The translations under genes were made by a program, and so were the position numbers. The notes below the pieces were generated by a model. The model was not told the origin of the DNA and searched no databases. It was given only the letters and a program-made list of their open reading frames with translations. A stretch of DNA of 64,000 nucleotides from an uncultured Puniceicoccaceae bacterium (lineage in GTDB: Bacteria > Verrucomicrobiota > Verrucomicrobiia > Opitutales > Oceanipulchritudinaceae). The stretch is taken from contig CAWVVV010000002.1 of assembly GCA_963933835.1 (NCBI GenBank), positions 32,001 through 96,000 on the forward strand, written 5' to 3'. Of the stretch, positions 39,709 through 49,655 are shown piece by piece. How positions within the stretch are numbered: the first letter of the stretch is position 1; each line of letters opens with the position of its first letter.

Positions 39709-40686
39709 CTAGATAAGTCCTGGCTTCAACTTGCGCGCAGCCAAGAAAGCTTCTGGGTCAGCCACCCAATGCTTGGGGCTTGCTTCGCTGAGCGGAGTAC
39801 TTGGTGGCTCTGGAGTGCCTTTACGGTGGATCGGCGACGGTGGATCGCCTTCTAGAACGAGGCGTTTTCGACTGCGCTCAGTTGCTGGGTCAGCGACAGG
39901 GATCGCGCTGATAAGGGCCTGCGTATACGGGTGTAGTGGGTTTCCCATGACTTCAGTTGCATCGCCAAGTTCGACAATGCGACCAAGATACATCACGGCG
40001 ATGCGGTCAGCGAGGTATTTGACGACTGAGAGATCATGGGAAATAAAGAGCATCGTCAGATCTCGCTGCGCGACGAGCTCGCTCAAAAGATTGAGTATCT
40101 GCGACTGAATCGAGACGTCGAGGGCCGAGACTGGTTCGTCCGCAACAATGAGTTTCGGTTCAGGTGCGAGGGCGCGGGCAATCGCAACGCGTTGGCGCTG
40201 GCCTCCAGAGAACTCGTGCGGATACTTCCGCATCTGAAATGGGTTTAGCCCAACTGTGCGCATGAGCTCAGCGACGCGCTGCCGCATTGCTTCACCTTTG
40301 CATGGATGACGTAACGCCACTGCCTCCGCGAGCGTATCCAATACTGTCATACGCGGGTTGAGCGAAGCGTAGGGATCTTGGAAGATCATTTGAAATTCAG
40401 GACGCGCTGCACGCAATTGTTCACGCGACAAAGCGCCGAGGTCTTTGCCCTCAAAAAGCACCCGTCCGCTCGTCGCTTTTTCTAGCTGGAGTAAGGTCCG
40501 CGAGAGGGTCGACTTACCGCAGCCGGACTCACCGACGAGACCAAGAATCTCACCTTCCTGAATCTGCAGTGAAACGCCGTCGACCGCTCGGACTTCAGCG
40601 ACCGTTTTACGGAGCAGGGTTCCCTCCTTGATCGGAAAGACCTTGCGAAGATTCTCTAGTTCGAGAAGCGGAGCAGGTTCAGCCAC
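39709..40686 (-). CDS. oppF: Oligopeptide ABC transporter ATPase
   Basis: [38 protein letters not shown]; likely GTG start at 40686. Confidence 0.92.
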   Translation of the reverse strand: MAEPAPLLELENLRKVFPIKEGTLLRKTVAEVRAVDGVSLQIQEGEILGLVGESGCGKSTLSRTLLQLEKATSGRVLFEGKDLGALSREQLRAARPEFQMIFQDPYASLNPRMTVLDTLAEAVALRHPCKGEAMRQRVAELMRTVGLNPFQMRKYPHEFSGGQRQRVAIARALAPEPKLIVADEPVSALDVSIQSQILNLLSELVAQRDLTMLFISHDLSVVKYLADRIAVMYLGRIVELGDATEVMGNPLHPYTQALISAIPVADPATERSRKRLVLEGDPPSPIHRKGTPEPPSTPLSEASPKHWVADPEAFLAARKLKPGLI

Positions 40687-41674
40687 GTGCAACCTCCATT
40701 CCTTTTGAGAGCACAACATCAGAGGAGCGCGCCCAATGCGTCGGCGAATGTTGCACAAGCGGCGGACGTTCTTCGAGCCAGCGCCCGCCATTGCTTAATC
40801 CTTCACGAAGCGCGAAAGGATCGCCCAAAATCGGTTTCGAGACATCCGGAGGCAATCCCGGCAGGGCATAGAGCCGTTGTCCCTTTTCTCCCCGAGACGG
40901 AATCGAACGCTGAAGGGCGATCGTGTAGGGATGCTGCGGATTTTCGAATATCTCATCAACTGTTCCCATTTCCATCACTTGCCCTGCATACATGACGAGA
41001 ACGCGATCACATCTGCCCGCGACGACTCCAAGATCATGCGTAATCAAAAGCATCGCAGCATTCTTTGCCTGTTGCCGGGCCTGAAGGAGGTCGAGGATCT
41101 GGGCCTGTACCGTCACGTCGAGAGCCGTCGTTGGCTCATCAGCAATAATGAGCTCAGGGTCTGAGATCAGAGTCATTGCAATCATGACGCGCTGACGCAT
41201 CCCGCCAGAGAACTGGTGTGGGTAAAAATGGATACGTTGAGCGGCTTCAGTCACGCCCACATTTTCGAGGGCCTCAACCCCACGCTCCCAAGCCTCCTTT
41301 TTTCCTAATCCTTGATGGATTCGCAGCGGCTCCACTAGTTGCATCCCTACTTTCAAATACGGATTCAGCGAGGTCATCGGATCCTGAAAGATCATCCCAA
41401 TTCGGCGACCTCGGATCGAACGAAAGGAAGCTTCGGATAAGGATAGGAGGTCAACCCCATCAAACTCGGCCGTGCCGGATTCGATGCGCCCAACTGGCTT
41501 GGGAACGAGCCCTAGGAGCGCCCGGCCAGTGACAGACTTCCCCGAGCCAGACTCACCCACGATCCCAAGCGTCTCGCCTCGCTCCAAGGCGAACGAAACC
41601 TCTTCAACGGCACGCACCACACCATCACGGGTGTGAAAGCGAACGCTGAGGTCTTTGACGTCGAGGAGTGGCAT
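40679..41674 (-). CDS. oppD: Oligopeptide ABC transporter ATPase
   Basis: GESGSGKS, FQDPMTSLNP, FSGGMRQR, DEPTTALDVT. Confidence 0.93.
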   Translation of the reverse strand: MPLLDVKDLSVRFHTRDGVVRAVEEVSFALERGETLGIVGESGSGKSVTGRALLGLVPKPVGRIESGTAEFDGVDLLSLSEASFRSIRGRRIGMIFQDPMTSLNPYLKVGMQLVEPLRIHQGLGKKEAWERGVEALENVGVTEAAQRIHFYPHQFSGGMRQRVMIAMTLISDPELIIADEPTTALDVTVQAQILDLLQARQQAKNAAMLLITHDLGVVAGRCDRVLVMYAGQVMEMGTVDEIFENPQHPYTIALQRSIPSRGEKGQRLYALPGLPPDVSKPILGDPFALREGLSNGGRWLEERPPLVQHSPTHWARSSDVVLSKGMEVARG

Positions 41675-41679
41675 GAGGG

Positions 41680-43020
41680 CTAGTTTTTACTCGTTTTCGG
41701 ATCGATGGCATCGCGCAGCCCATCACCGAGAAAGCTTAGGCAAAAGAGTGTTAGGGAGAAGAAGACGGCAGGAAATATCAGCGTCCAGGGATATACATCC
41801 ATCCGATCGGCGCCTTCGCTAATGAGAGAGCCCCAAGAGCTGAGGGGGGCTTGCACACCGAGGCCCAGAAACGACAAGACACTTTCCAGAAGCATCACTG
41901 CCGGAATCGTCAGCGTTGCGAGGACGATCACGGGCCCAAGCGTATTGGGAATTAAATACCGCAGGACAATCTTCCAGAATGGAAGCCCGAGCATGCGGGC
42001 CGCTTCAAGGAATTCTTGTCCTTTTAGAGTGAGCACTTGCGCTCGTACCACCCGCGCCATCGTAAGCCATTCAACCGCACCAATGGCGAGGAAGAGCAAC
42101 CAAAGACTCCGCTCAAAAACGGTCATGAGAAGGATGACAAAAATCGTAAAGGGCAGCGAATAGAGGATATCGACGATTCGCATCATAAGGTTGTCCACTG
42201 CCCCACCGACGTAGCCACTGATCGACCCGTAGAGAACCCCAATGATGAGCGCAACCAGCGCAGCCACGACACCGACCCCTAGGGAAACTCTCCCTCCAAC
42301 GAGGACGCGCACGAGAAGATCCCTCCCGAGCTCATCGGTACCAAACCAGTGACGCTCGCCACTCAAAGTGTAGATGAGGGGCACTCCCATGCCCTCCAAG
42401 GAGAGCGGATCACCTTCAAGGACTTCTTCTAGCGGCTTTGATGCACTCGCAAAAGCGCTACGCACGATCGAACGAATTTCATCGAGAGCGGAACGCAGGA
42501 CGACACGTTCCTCGCTATCCAAATCATAAATCGCGGTGCCTAAATCCGTCAGTCTTAACTCAGCCTCAGTCAGTGTGGATTGAGAGAGTTGAGCGCCCAG
42601 TGTCTCTGAGTCAGTGAAAGTAAAGCCGAGGTCGGCCAAACCCAATTGAACTAAGGGGGAACCGGCGGCCGTAAGCTCACTCCTTACTTGGTTTGAAATT
42701 TCGGGAAAAAGTCTATCGAGCGAAACCTTATCACCTAATTCTGATACAAAATGGCTGAACCCGAGCTGCCCATTCGAGGGATGATCGACGACTGACAGAT
42801 GCGCCCGCTCAATGATCCGTTCCATCGGCCGCGTGGCTCCGAGGCCTAGATTTCCATCGGCGAAGCCATAAGGAGACAAAAGCGGCCCGATCAAAGCAGA
42901 GAGAACCAATCCGAGCAGCACCACTCCACTTCCGAGTGCCATGCGATTTTGGCGCAAGCGCAACCAAGCGTCCTTCCATAGGGACGCTCCAAGCTCGATC
43001 TCTGTGGGAGGCGTAGGCAT
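41680..43020 (-). CDS. oppC: Oligopeptide ABC transporter permease with large periplasmic insertion
   Basis: SLWKDAWLRL N-terminal motif, HWFGTDELGRD, EAA motif EFLEAAR, GDGLRDAIDP. Confidence 0.92.
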   Translation of the reverse strand: MPTPPTEIELGASLWKDAWLRLRQNRMALGSGVVLLGLVLSALIGPLLSPYGFADGNLGLGATRPMERIIERAHLSVVDHPSNGQLGFSHFVSELGDKVSLDRLFPEISNQVRSELTAAGSPLVQLGLADLGFTFTDSETLGAQLSQSTLTEAELRLTDLGTAIYDLDSEERVVLRSALDEIRSIVRSAFASASKPLEEVLEGDPLSLEGMGVPLIYTLSGERHWFGTDELGRDLLVRVLVGGRVSLGVGVVAALVALIIGVLYGSISGYVGGAVDNLMMRIVDILYSLPFTIFVILLMTVFERSLWLLFLAIGAVEWLTMARVVRAQVLTLKGQEFLEAARMLGLPFWKIVLRYLIPNTLGPVIVLATLTIPAVMLLESVLSFLGLGVQAPLSSWGSLISEGADRMDVYPWTLIFPAVFFSLTLFCLSFLGDGLRDAIDPKTSKN

Positions 43021-43940
43021 CAGAGTTGTGAGCGAAGACGCGGGTTAAGCCATGCCTGAAGTAGGTCGACGAGCAGATTAAGCAGAACAATGAGAACGGC
43101 GTAAACGAGGACGGTCCCCATCACGACGGTGTAGTCCCGATTGAAGGCACTGTTGATAAAAAACCGGCCAAGTCCGGGGATGAAGAAAATCGTCTCAATG
43201 ACAAAAGAGCCGGTCACCAGCCCTGCCAATGCTGGACCCATAAACGTAATGACAGGCTGGATACCTCCGATAAGGGCATGACGCAGGACAACGGTAGATT
43301 CCTTCAAACCCTTAGCTCGTGCGGTCAGAATGTAGTCCTGATCAAGAACTTCTAGCATGCCCCCACGCGTTAGCCGGGCAACGTAGGCGGCGTAGAAGAG
43401 CCCCAGCGTCGCCGCAGGCAGGATACGGTCGGCGGCGTAGACCCACCCGATCGGGTTAAGCCAGCTCAAGGTGAGTGAAAAAATGAGGATCAGGAGTGGG
43501 CCCATGACAAAGGTCGGGAGGCAAATCCCCACCATCGCCAAGCTCATCGGAATATAATCGAGCAAGGTATTCCGCCGCATCGCGGCAAAGATACCGACGG
43601 GCAAGCCGAAGCCCAAGGCAACGACTAGCGACCACATTGCGAGTTCCAACGAAACCGGGAATCCAGCCGCAATGAGTTCATTCACCGTTCTGCCAGGATA
43701 CTTAAACGAGGGCCCAAGGTCTCCCTGCAGTAGATTCGCCAAATTCCGACCATATTGAACAAGCAAAGGCTCATTCAAGCCGTAGTAAGCATTAAGCTCC
43801 TCGATCACCTCTGCGGGGGCTGCCTTCTCATCATCGAAAGGCCCGCCCGGCGCGCTGCGAACGAGAAAAAAGGTCGCGAAGTGGATCACGAGAAGAACCG
43901 GAATGGCCTGAAGAAGCCTTCTGAGAAAGAATCCGAGCAT
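43020..43940 (-). CDS. oppB: Oligopeptide ABC transporter permease
   Basis: APGGPF, GDLGPSF, DYILTARAKGL, IPGLG, NRDY. Confidence 0.94.
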   Translation of the reverse strand: MLGFFLRRLLQAIPVLLVIHFATFFLVRSAPGGPFDDEKAAPAEVIEELNAYYGLNEPLLVQYGRNLANLLQGDLGPSFKYPGRTVNELIAAGFPVSLELAMWSLVVALGFGLPVGIFAAMRRNTLLDYIPMSLAMVGICLPTFVMGPLLILIFSLTLSWLNPIGWVYAADRILPAATLGLFYAAYVARLTRGGMLEVLDQDYILTARAKGLKESTVVLRHALIGGIQPVITFMGPALAGLVTGSFVIETIFFIPGLGRFFINSAFNRDYTVVMGTVLVYAVLIVLLNLLVDLLQAWLNPRLRSQL

Positions 43941-45857
43941 CTATTCAAGCGGTTCGAGGTAAACGTACTTGTAGGGATGGCGGTCGAGCAGGTTTGGATA
44001 CCAGCCCTGCACACTCTCACGAATCAGCTTTGAAGAAACGTAGTAGTAGATCGGAAGGACAGGGAGCTCATCGAGCAGCACCGCCTCCGCCTGCTGGAAG
44101 AGCTCCATTCGTTCCTCCGGATCAAAACTCCGCGCAGCCCGATCCATCAGGCGATCGTACTCTGCGTTCTCAAATCCCGTCGAGTTATTGCCACTAGTGC
44201 TCAACCAAAGATCTAAGAACGTGCTCGGATCGAGATAGTCGCCAACCCAACCAGCGCGTCCGATATCGAACTCTATCCGATTTAAACTATCGAGGAAGAC
44301 CTTCCACTCCTGATTTTCGAGTATGATTTCAATGCCGAGCTCGTCTTTCCACATCTGCTGAATGATCTCGGCGATGCGTTTGTGCCCTTCGGATGTGTTG
44401 TAAAGCAGCTTGAGCTCGGGGAATCCCTCACCACCCGGATAGTCTGCCTCGACCAAGAGCTCACGGGCGCGCTCAGGATCATACGCCACCTTGTGCCTCG
44501 AATCGTAGCCTGCGGTATCTGGCGGCACGAAACTGTAGGCGGGCAGCTGTCCGCCACCGAGGAACCCTACAATCGCCTCTCGGTCGATCGAGTAGGCCAA
44601 GGCCTGTCGCACTCGTTTATCACTCATCGCCCTCCGTATCTCCAACTGATCCGATCCTGATCCCGCTTCAGGCGGTGACACATTCAAGCGGTAGTAGTAG
44701 ACTCCCAAATACGCATCGAAACGCTGGTTATTCGGATAGTGCTTTCGGTTAAATTCGATACGGTGCGCTGGAATTGTGCTGGTGACATGCACATATCCAT
44801 CCCGAAAAGCGCGCTGCTCGGTCTCGACGTTATCGATCGGGTAGAAGTAGATCTCGCGAAGGCGCATCGCTTCAGCGTCCCAATAGTCATCGCGCTTTAC
44901 GACGTGAAGATGTCGATTGATCTGCCAATCTTTGAGGCGATAGGGGCCGTTCGTGACAATGTTCTCCGGACGAGTCCAAGGCGAATCTCGCTGCGTTATA
45001 CCCCCATGCTTTTCAATCGTGGGTGGATGAACAGGATACCAAGAGTAGTGCGCAAGCATCCCAAGAAAGTATGCGGCCGGTTTCTCTAGCTCGATACGAA
45101 GGACAAAATCACTTTCAGCGATGACCCCCACACTGGCTGCTTCCCACAAATCATAGGGTTCTCTGCGAAATTGAACAAAGCGCTTTAAGATCTGTTCCCT
45201 AGTGGATGCGAGGAGCGCCGCAGGCCAGTCAAAGGCGAGCTCGCCACTGCCTAGTTGCTCAAGCTCTTCGAGACTCAGCTGATCAAGTCCTTTGGAATTG
45301 AGCGGATTCTCCGAGGTCGGATTCGGTCGAAAATCGACGCACGCTAAGTCGGCCCAGAGCACCGGAAACGCTTGGTCTTTGCCAAAAAGAATGCGCCCGA
45401 GAAAGCTACGGTTGTAGGCTTCGGCGTTGTCCATGAGGTAGAGCAAGTAGGCATATTTGGCCGCCATTTTCGGATTCAGCATCCGATGATAGGCGTATTC
45501 GTAGTCACTCGCTCTGACCGGATCTCCATTGCTCCACGTCGCATCGGGACGCAGATAAAAAGTGTAGGTTAAACCGTCCGGTGAAATTTCCCAATGCTCT
45601 GCACTGCTATCGGCGAGCGGCGCAATCGTTCTCGGATGGATACCGACGAGCCCCTCAAAAAGCGCCGAGATGATGTTATTCTCGCTCACACCGGTGACGA
45701 TGTGCGGATCAACGCCCTCCGGCTCAGTTCCATTTGCGTAATGGAAAACTTGATACTGATCACCTGTCTCGACATTCGAGATGCGCGCCTGCGCCCCCAT
45801 CACCCAAAGGGAGAGGAGCGAAACAAAGAAAGCGCTGCGCCAGCTAAAAAAATTCAA
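43941..45857 (-). CDS. oppA: Oligopeptide ABC transporter substrate-binding protein with insertion
   Basis: EPEGVDP, LFEGL, WSNGDPV, NGPYRL, VRQAL, RAGWVGDY, LPIYYY. Confidence 0.92.
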   Translation of the reverse strand: MNFFSWRSAFFVSLLSLWVMGAQARISNVETGDQYQVFHYANGTEPEGVDPHIVTGVSENNIISALFEGLVGIHPRTIAPLADSSAEHWEISPDGLTYTFYLRPDATWSNGDPVRASDYEYAYHRMLNPKMAAKYAYLLYLMDNAEAYNRSFLGRILFGKDQAFPVLWADLACVDFRPNPTSENPLNSKGLDQLSLEELEQLGSGELAFDWPAALLASTREQILKRFVQFRREPYDLWEAASVGVIAESDFVLRIELEKPAAYFLGMLAHYSWYPVHPPTIEKHGGITQRDSPWTRPENIVTNGPYRLKDWQINRHLHVVKRDDYWDAEAMRLREIYFYPIDNVETEQRAFRDGYVHVTSTIPAHRIEFNRKHYPNNQRFDAYLGVYYYRLNVSPPEAGSGSDQLEIRRAMSDKRVRQALAYSIDREAIVGFLGGGQLPAYSFVPPDTAGYDSRHKVAYDPERARELLVEADYPGGEGFPELKLLYNTSEGHKRIAEIIQQMWKDELGIEIILENQEWKVFLDSLNRIEFDIGRAGWVGDYLDPSTFLDLWLSTSGNNSTGFENAEYDRLMDRAARSFDPEERMELFQQAEAVLLDELPVLPIYYYVSSKLIRESVQGWYPNLLDRHPYKYVYLEPLE

Positions 45858-45932
45858 CGGTTTGAGATTGAGTGCTCCAAAATGAAAAGCAAATGGATTG
45901 CCGAATAGACTGACCAGCTCAAGTTCATCTCT

Positions 45933-47834
45933 ATGTTCCCGAACATCCGCACTAGCCCGATTAGAGCCATAGCGTTCTCAGTCCTCATTTTCGCCACCGC
46001 AGGAGGGCTCCAAAGCAAGGTCCTCATCACGGAGGCTGATCAACTACCCCGCATCGCCTACCCTTTTGAAGGCAAGGTTCTCGATTTGATCGAGGATGAG
46101 GATGCCCTTGGGAGTTTTCTCGATGAGGCTCAGACCGAGATTGAGGCTCAACTCGACCGTTTTGATATCCAAGACCAGGCGACTGTCCGGCGTTATACCC
46201 AAATGCTGCGCACCTTCAGGATTCTCGACGGCGACCATGAAGCTGGACTGAACCTTCTGCTCGAGATTCGTGCCCTTCAAGATAAGCCTGCGGAGAAACT
46301 GACTTCGGGCCTTATTTCCGAGGCCCTTTTGCGAGCCTATATTGAAGACAAATTGAAGCCAGGCGCAGAGGGCGTCACGGCTGCCTTTGCCGAGCGCTAC
46401 ACGCCGGCAGTCGATCAGCTGCCATGGGAGATCGTCCAAGACAGTATCGAGCAGACCAATGGCGCTTTTCGCTACGTTTCGAAGAACCTCTACTATGGCT
46501 CGCTGGAGAGCAGCATGCAGGTAAGCGTCGACCAAAACGGGACCCTTTCGCTCGGCGATGTCTACCAGCTCGCGTCGATCAAATACATGGTCACACAAAT
46601 TCTTCCGTTGGCCGAAAAGACGTTTGAGATTACTAGTGCCTACATTGCTGCTAACCGCGTTGAGAAGGCTGACATCTGGATCGCCCGCAGGGTCGATCTT
46701 TCGAGCGAAGAAGAGCTCAGTCCGGTCGTCATCGCGGTCTGGGACAGCGGTGTGGATGCCGACATCTTTCTTCCACTAGGCCAGATGTGGGTCAATTCAG
46801 CCGAAGTCGTCGATGGCACTGACAGCGATGGCAATGGCTTTGTCGATGACCTCTACGGCCCTTCTTGGGATCTCAACAGCCGTCGTGCGGTCGGCAGCCT
46901 CTACCCTCTTAGCGAGGAGGAACTCGCCGCCTATCCAGAGAATCTCGATTTCACCAAGGGTCTGATCGATCTCGGGGCAGCGGTTGATTCTGAATACGCT
47001 CAGGCGACCGCAAAAACAATGTCCACGCTTGAGCGCGACGAAGTGAAAGCGTTCCAAGAACGCATCGGGCTCTATGGCAACTACACTCATGGAACCCACG
47101 TTGCGGGCATCACCGCAGCCGGAAACCCAGCAGCCCAGATCCTGAGCACCCGCATCACCTTCGGGCACACCGTGATCCCTGAGGAACCCACTCTCGCCGA
47201 AGCCATTCGCGGTGCCGCCGAGGCCGGAAAGACGATCGCATATTTTAAGGAGGCTGGAGTGCGCGTCGTAAATATGAGCTGGGGTGGCTCGCAGGCAGGC
47301 TTTGAACACGCCTTGGAGGCCAATGGAATCGGCGATGATCCCGAGCAGCGCGCAGAGATCTCACGCGTGCTCTTTGAAATCGGTTACGACGCACTCTACG
47401 AGGCGATGGCAAGCGCGCCTGAGATTCTCTTCATCGCCGCTGCCGGAAATTCCGATGGCGACGTGGATTTCAACAAGGTCATCCCCTCTTCAATCGAGCT
47501 GCCGAATGTCATGGTCGTAGGCGCAGTCGATCAGGCCGGTGATGAAACGAGTTTCACTAGCTACGGGAAAAACATCAGTGCCCATGCCAATGGCTTTGAA
47601 GTCGAAAGTTACGTCCCGGGTGGCCGCACCCTAGCCTACTCTGGCACCTCGATGGCCTCGCCCAATGTGGCCAATCTCGCGGGCAAGCTCATCGCCCTTG
47701 ATCCAAGCCTGACTCCGCGCGAAGTGATCAGTCTGATCAGACTTGGAACAGAAACCTCCGAAGACGGACGCCGCTTTCTCATTCACCCGCGAAAATCGGT
47801 GGAGATGCTTAGGCAGCGCCTTACGAGCAAATAG
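45933..47834 (+). CDS. Secreted S8 (subtilisin-like) serine peptidase
   Basis: Signal peptide; triad motifs VWDSG, HGTHVAG, GTSMASP; oxyanion AAGN. Confidence 0.92.
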   Translation: MFPNIRTSPIRAIAFSVLIFATAGGLQSKVLITEADQLPRIAYPFEGKVLDLIEDEDALGSFLDEAQTEIEAQLDRFDIQDQATVRRYTQMLRTFRILDGDHEAGLNLLLEIRALQDKPAEKLTSGLISEALLRAYIEDKLKPGAEGVTAAFAERYTPAVDQLPWEIVQDSIEQTNGAFRYVSKNLYYGSLESSMQVSVDQNGTLSLGDVYQLASIKYMVTQILPLAEKTFEITSAYIAANRVEKADIWIARRVDLSSEEELSPVVIAVWDSGVDADIFLPLGQMWVNSAEVVDGTDSDGNGFVDDLYGPSWDLNSRRAVGSLYPLSEEELAAYPENLDFTKGLIDLGAAVDSEYAQATAKTMSTLERDEVKAFQERIGLYGNYTHGTHVAGITAAGNPAAQILSTRITFGHTVIPEEPTLAEAIRGAAEAGKTIAYFKEAGVRVVNMSWGGSQAGFEHALEANGIGDDPEQRAEISRVLFEIGYDALYEAMASAPEILFIAAAGNSDGDVDFNKVIPSSIELPNVMVVGAVDQAGDETSFTSYGKNISAHANGFEVESYVPGGRTLAYSGTSMASPNVANLAGKLIALDPSLTPREVISLIRLGTETSEDGRRFLIHPRKSVEMLRQRLTSK

Positions 47835-49096
47835 CAGATCAAGCGCAAGGCACCGTGCGCTACGGCAGGCAGATTTTCTTCTGAAGATTGAGCATCGATC
47901 TTATCTTCGAGGCCCAGCTTCTTAAGGTATTTGCGATCAAAGGTGCTTCCAGCAGGCACGCGGCCCCCTGATTTACGCTCATGCTCAAGCGCATTGGCAA
48001 GGTGCACGGCGGTGAGAACGCTCGCGGACTCGCAAGGGCTCTTCATCGGATCGTGGTGCAAAGCAACGGCTTCGACGGTGGTACTCGGAAGCCCCCAAAG
48101 GTTAAGCAGATAGGCACCAGCCTCAGCGTGGGAAGCTCCCATAAGCTGCCGCTCTACCCTGTGCCGAGGCAACCCTTCACTCGATGCGATTTGGTTCGCC
48201 TGGACGTGTTCGCGGTGGCGATAGACGCTGAGAATGAGGTCCCCAATATCATGGAGAAGCCCTGCGGTGAAAGTTTCCTGGCGGAAGGCGTCTCCGTTGG
48301 GCAGAAAGCGGACAACAGCCTGCGATAGGCGACCCACTGCTAGCGAGTGCTTCCAATAGCTATGGATCGAAAGGAAAATGCCCCCTTGCTGCTCGAACTG
48401 CGAGAAAACGCCCGAAAGGAGCACAAGGGATTGAAGTATTTCAATACCCAGTAGGCGGCTCGCTTCACCGACGTCAGCGATCTTATTCGGGAGGCCAAAG
48501 AAACCGGAGTTTACGAGCTGTAGAACCTTTGCCGCGATCGCTGGGTCCATTTCGATCGATTTGACAAGAGCCTCGACGTTCGGGTCCTTCGATCGCAGCT
48601 CGCGGGTGATATCGAGATAAAGTGATGGCAGGCTCGGCAGGCTCTTGATGCCGCCTACGAGTGAACGCAGACTAGGCGAAGAGACAATATTGCGCAGATT
48701 AAGGGCGCGGTTGATCGCTTCGAGAAATTCCGCCGGAGGACTATTCTTCGAGATAAACTGATGGGCCGCTGATGCAGCTGAAACTGCCATCCGGCGATCG
48801 GCTTGGTCTGCCGTTAATATTCGGATCGTCGAAGGATCTTTCTCAGCAATCATCTCGAGCGCTTCGAGCCCGGTCTGCTCTGAGGAAATATTGAAGTCCG
48901 AGATGACGACATCGGCAGAAAACGAATCCAGAAGACTGAGTCCCTCGGCTGAGCTCCCAACGACGCGAAAATCCCATTCATCGGCGAGATCTGGGTGAGT
49001 ACGCTGAAGCGAGCGCATGAGCGCCGAATCACCATCTAGGATCAGAACCTTCACTTCGGTTGAGATCTTCTTTTCGACTGGAACAAGAGTTGCCAC
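47783..49096 (-). CDS. Response regulator receiver + HDOD domain protein
   Basis: REC (VVISD), LPSLP, DPAIAAKVLQLVNS, GLLHDIG, WGLP, ALHH. Confidence 0.88.
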   Translation of the reverse strand: MATLVPVEKKISTEVKVLILDGDSALMRSLQRTHPDLADEWDFRVVGSSAEGLSLLDSFSADVVISDFNISSEQTGLEALEMIAEKDPSTIRILTADQADRRMAVSAASAAHQFISKNSPPAEFLEAINRALNLRNIVSSPSLRSLVGGIKSLPSLPSLYLDITRELRSKDPNVEALVKSIEMDPAIAAKVLQLVNSGFFGLPNKIADVGEASRLLGIEILQSLVLLSGVFSQFEQQGGIFLSIHSYWKHSLAVGRLSQAVVRFLPNGDAFRQETFTAGLLHDIGDLILSVYRHREHVQANQIASSEGLPRHRVERQLMGASHAEAGAYLLNLWGLPSTTVEAVALHHDPMKSPCESASVLTAVHLANALEHERKSGGRVPAGSTFDRKYLKKLGLEDKIDAQSSEENLPAVAHGALRLICYLLVRRCLSISTDFRG

Positions 49097-49109
49097 GATA
49101 TTACTAGAT

Positions 49110-49136
49110 ATTTCGGCTCTTCTGCTCCCGCTCTTA
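49110..49136 (-). promoter_or_regulatory. Putative sigma-28 (FliA-type) promoter of the HDOD gene
   Basis: Minus strand TAAG-N15-GCCGAAAT versus consensus TAAA-N15-GCCGATAA, just upstream of the GTG start. Confidence 0.45.
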
Positions 49137-49337
49137 AGTCGTCTTTCATCTTATTTTACCGTGAATCCCTGATGAAATTGTAAAATACACACTACACGCC
49201 GAATCAAAGATGCGTATCTATCTAACCTATTTGCGATTTAAGATAAACAATTAAAGAATTTTGAACACACCTAGCACAGTCGATCGATCCGGCATTTGCT
49301 GATTTACAATCAAGCCGTTGTTAATAAGTTTCTTCTT

Positions 49338-49634
49338 ATGATCACGCCCACTACACCCATCGCATTCATTCAAGGCATAGGCGCTCCGGAACTTCTCGTC
49401 GTGTTCCTCATCGTGCTGCTTTTCTTTGGTGCGAAGCGGCTTCCTGAACTCGCACGCGGCTTGGGCAAGTCGATGAAAGAGTTCAAAAAGGCGACTCAAG
49501 AGGTGCAGGAAGACTTCCAGGAAGCAATGGATACGGTAGATCCGTCAAAACCAGAAAAGCCGGTCGTAAATAAGCCGGCAGCCAATACGCAGCCCGCAAA
49601 CACGCCTGAGCAGGAAACGAGCGAAAAGGTCTAG
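49338..49634 (+). CDS. tatA: Twin-arginine translocase subunit TatA/E
   Basis: GAPELL...[25 protein letters not shown]. Confidence 0.93.
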   Translation: MITPTTPIAFIQGIGAPELLVVFLIVLLFFGAKRLPELARGLGKSMKEFKKATQEVQEDFQEAMDTVDPSKPEKPVVNKPAANTQPANTPEQETSEKV

Positions 49635-49655
49635 CTCTGGCTACGCCAGCCTCCC

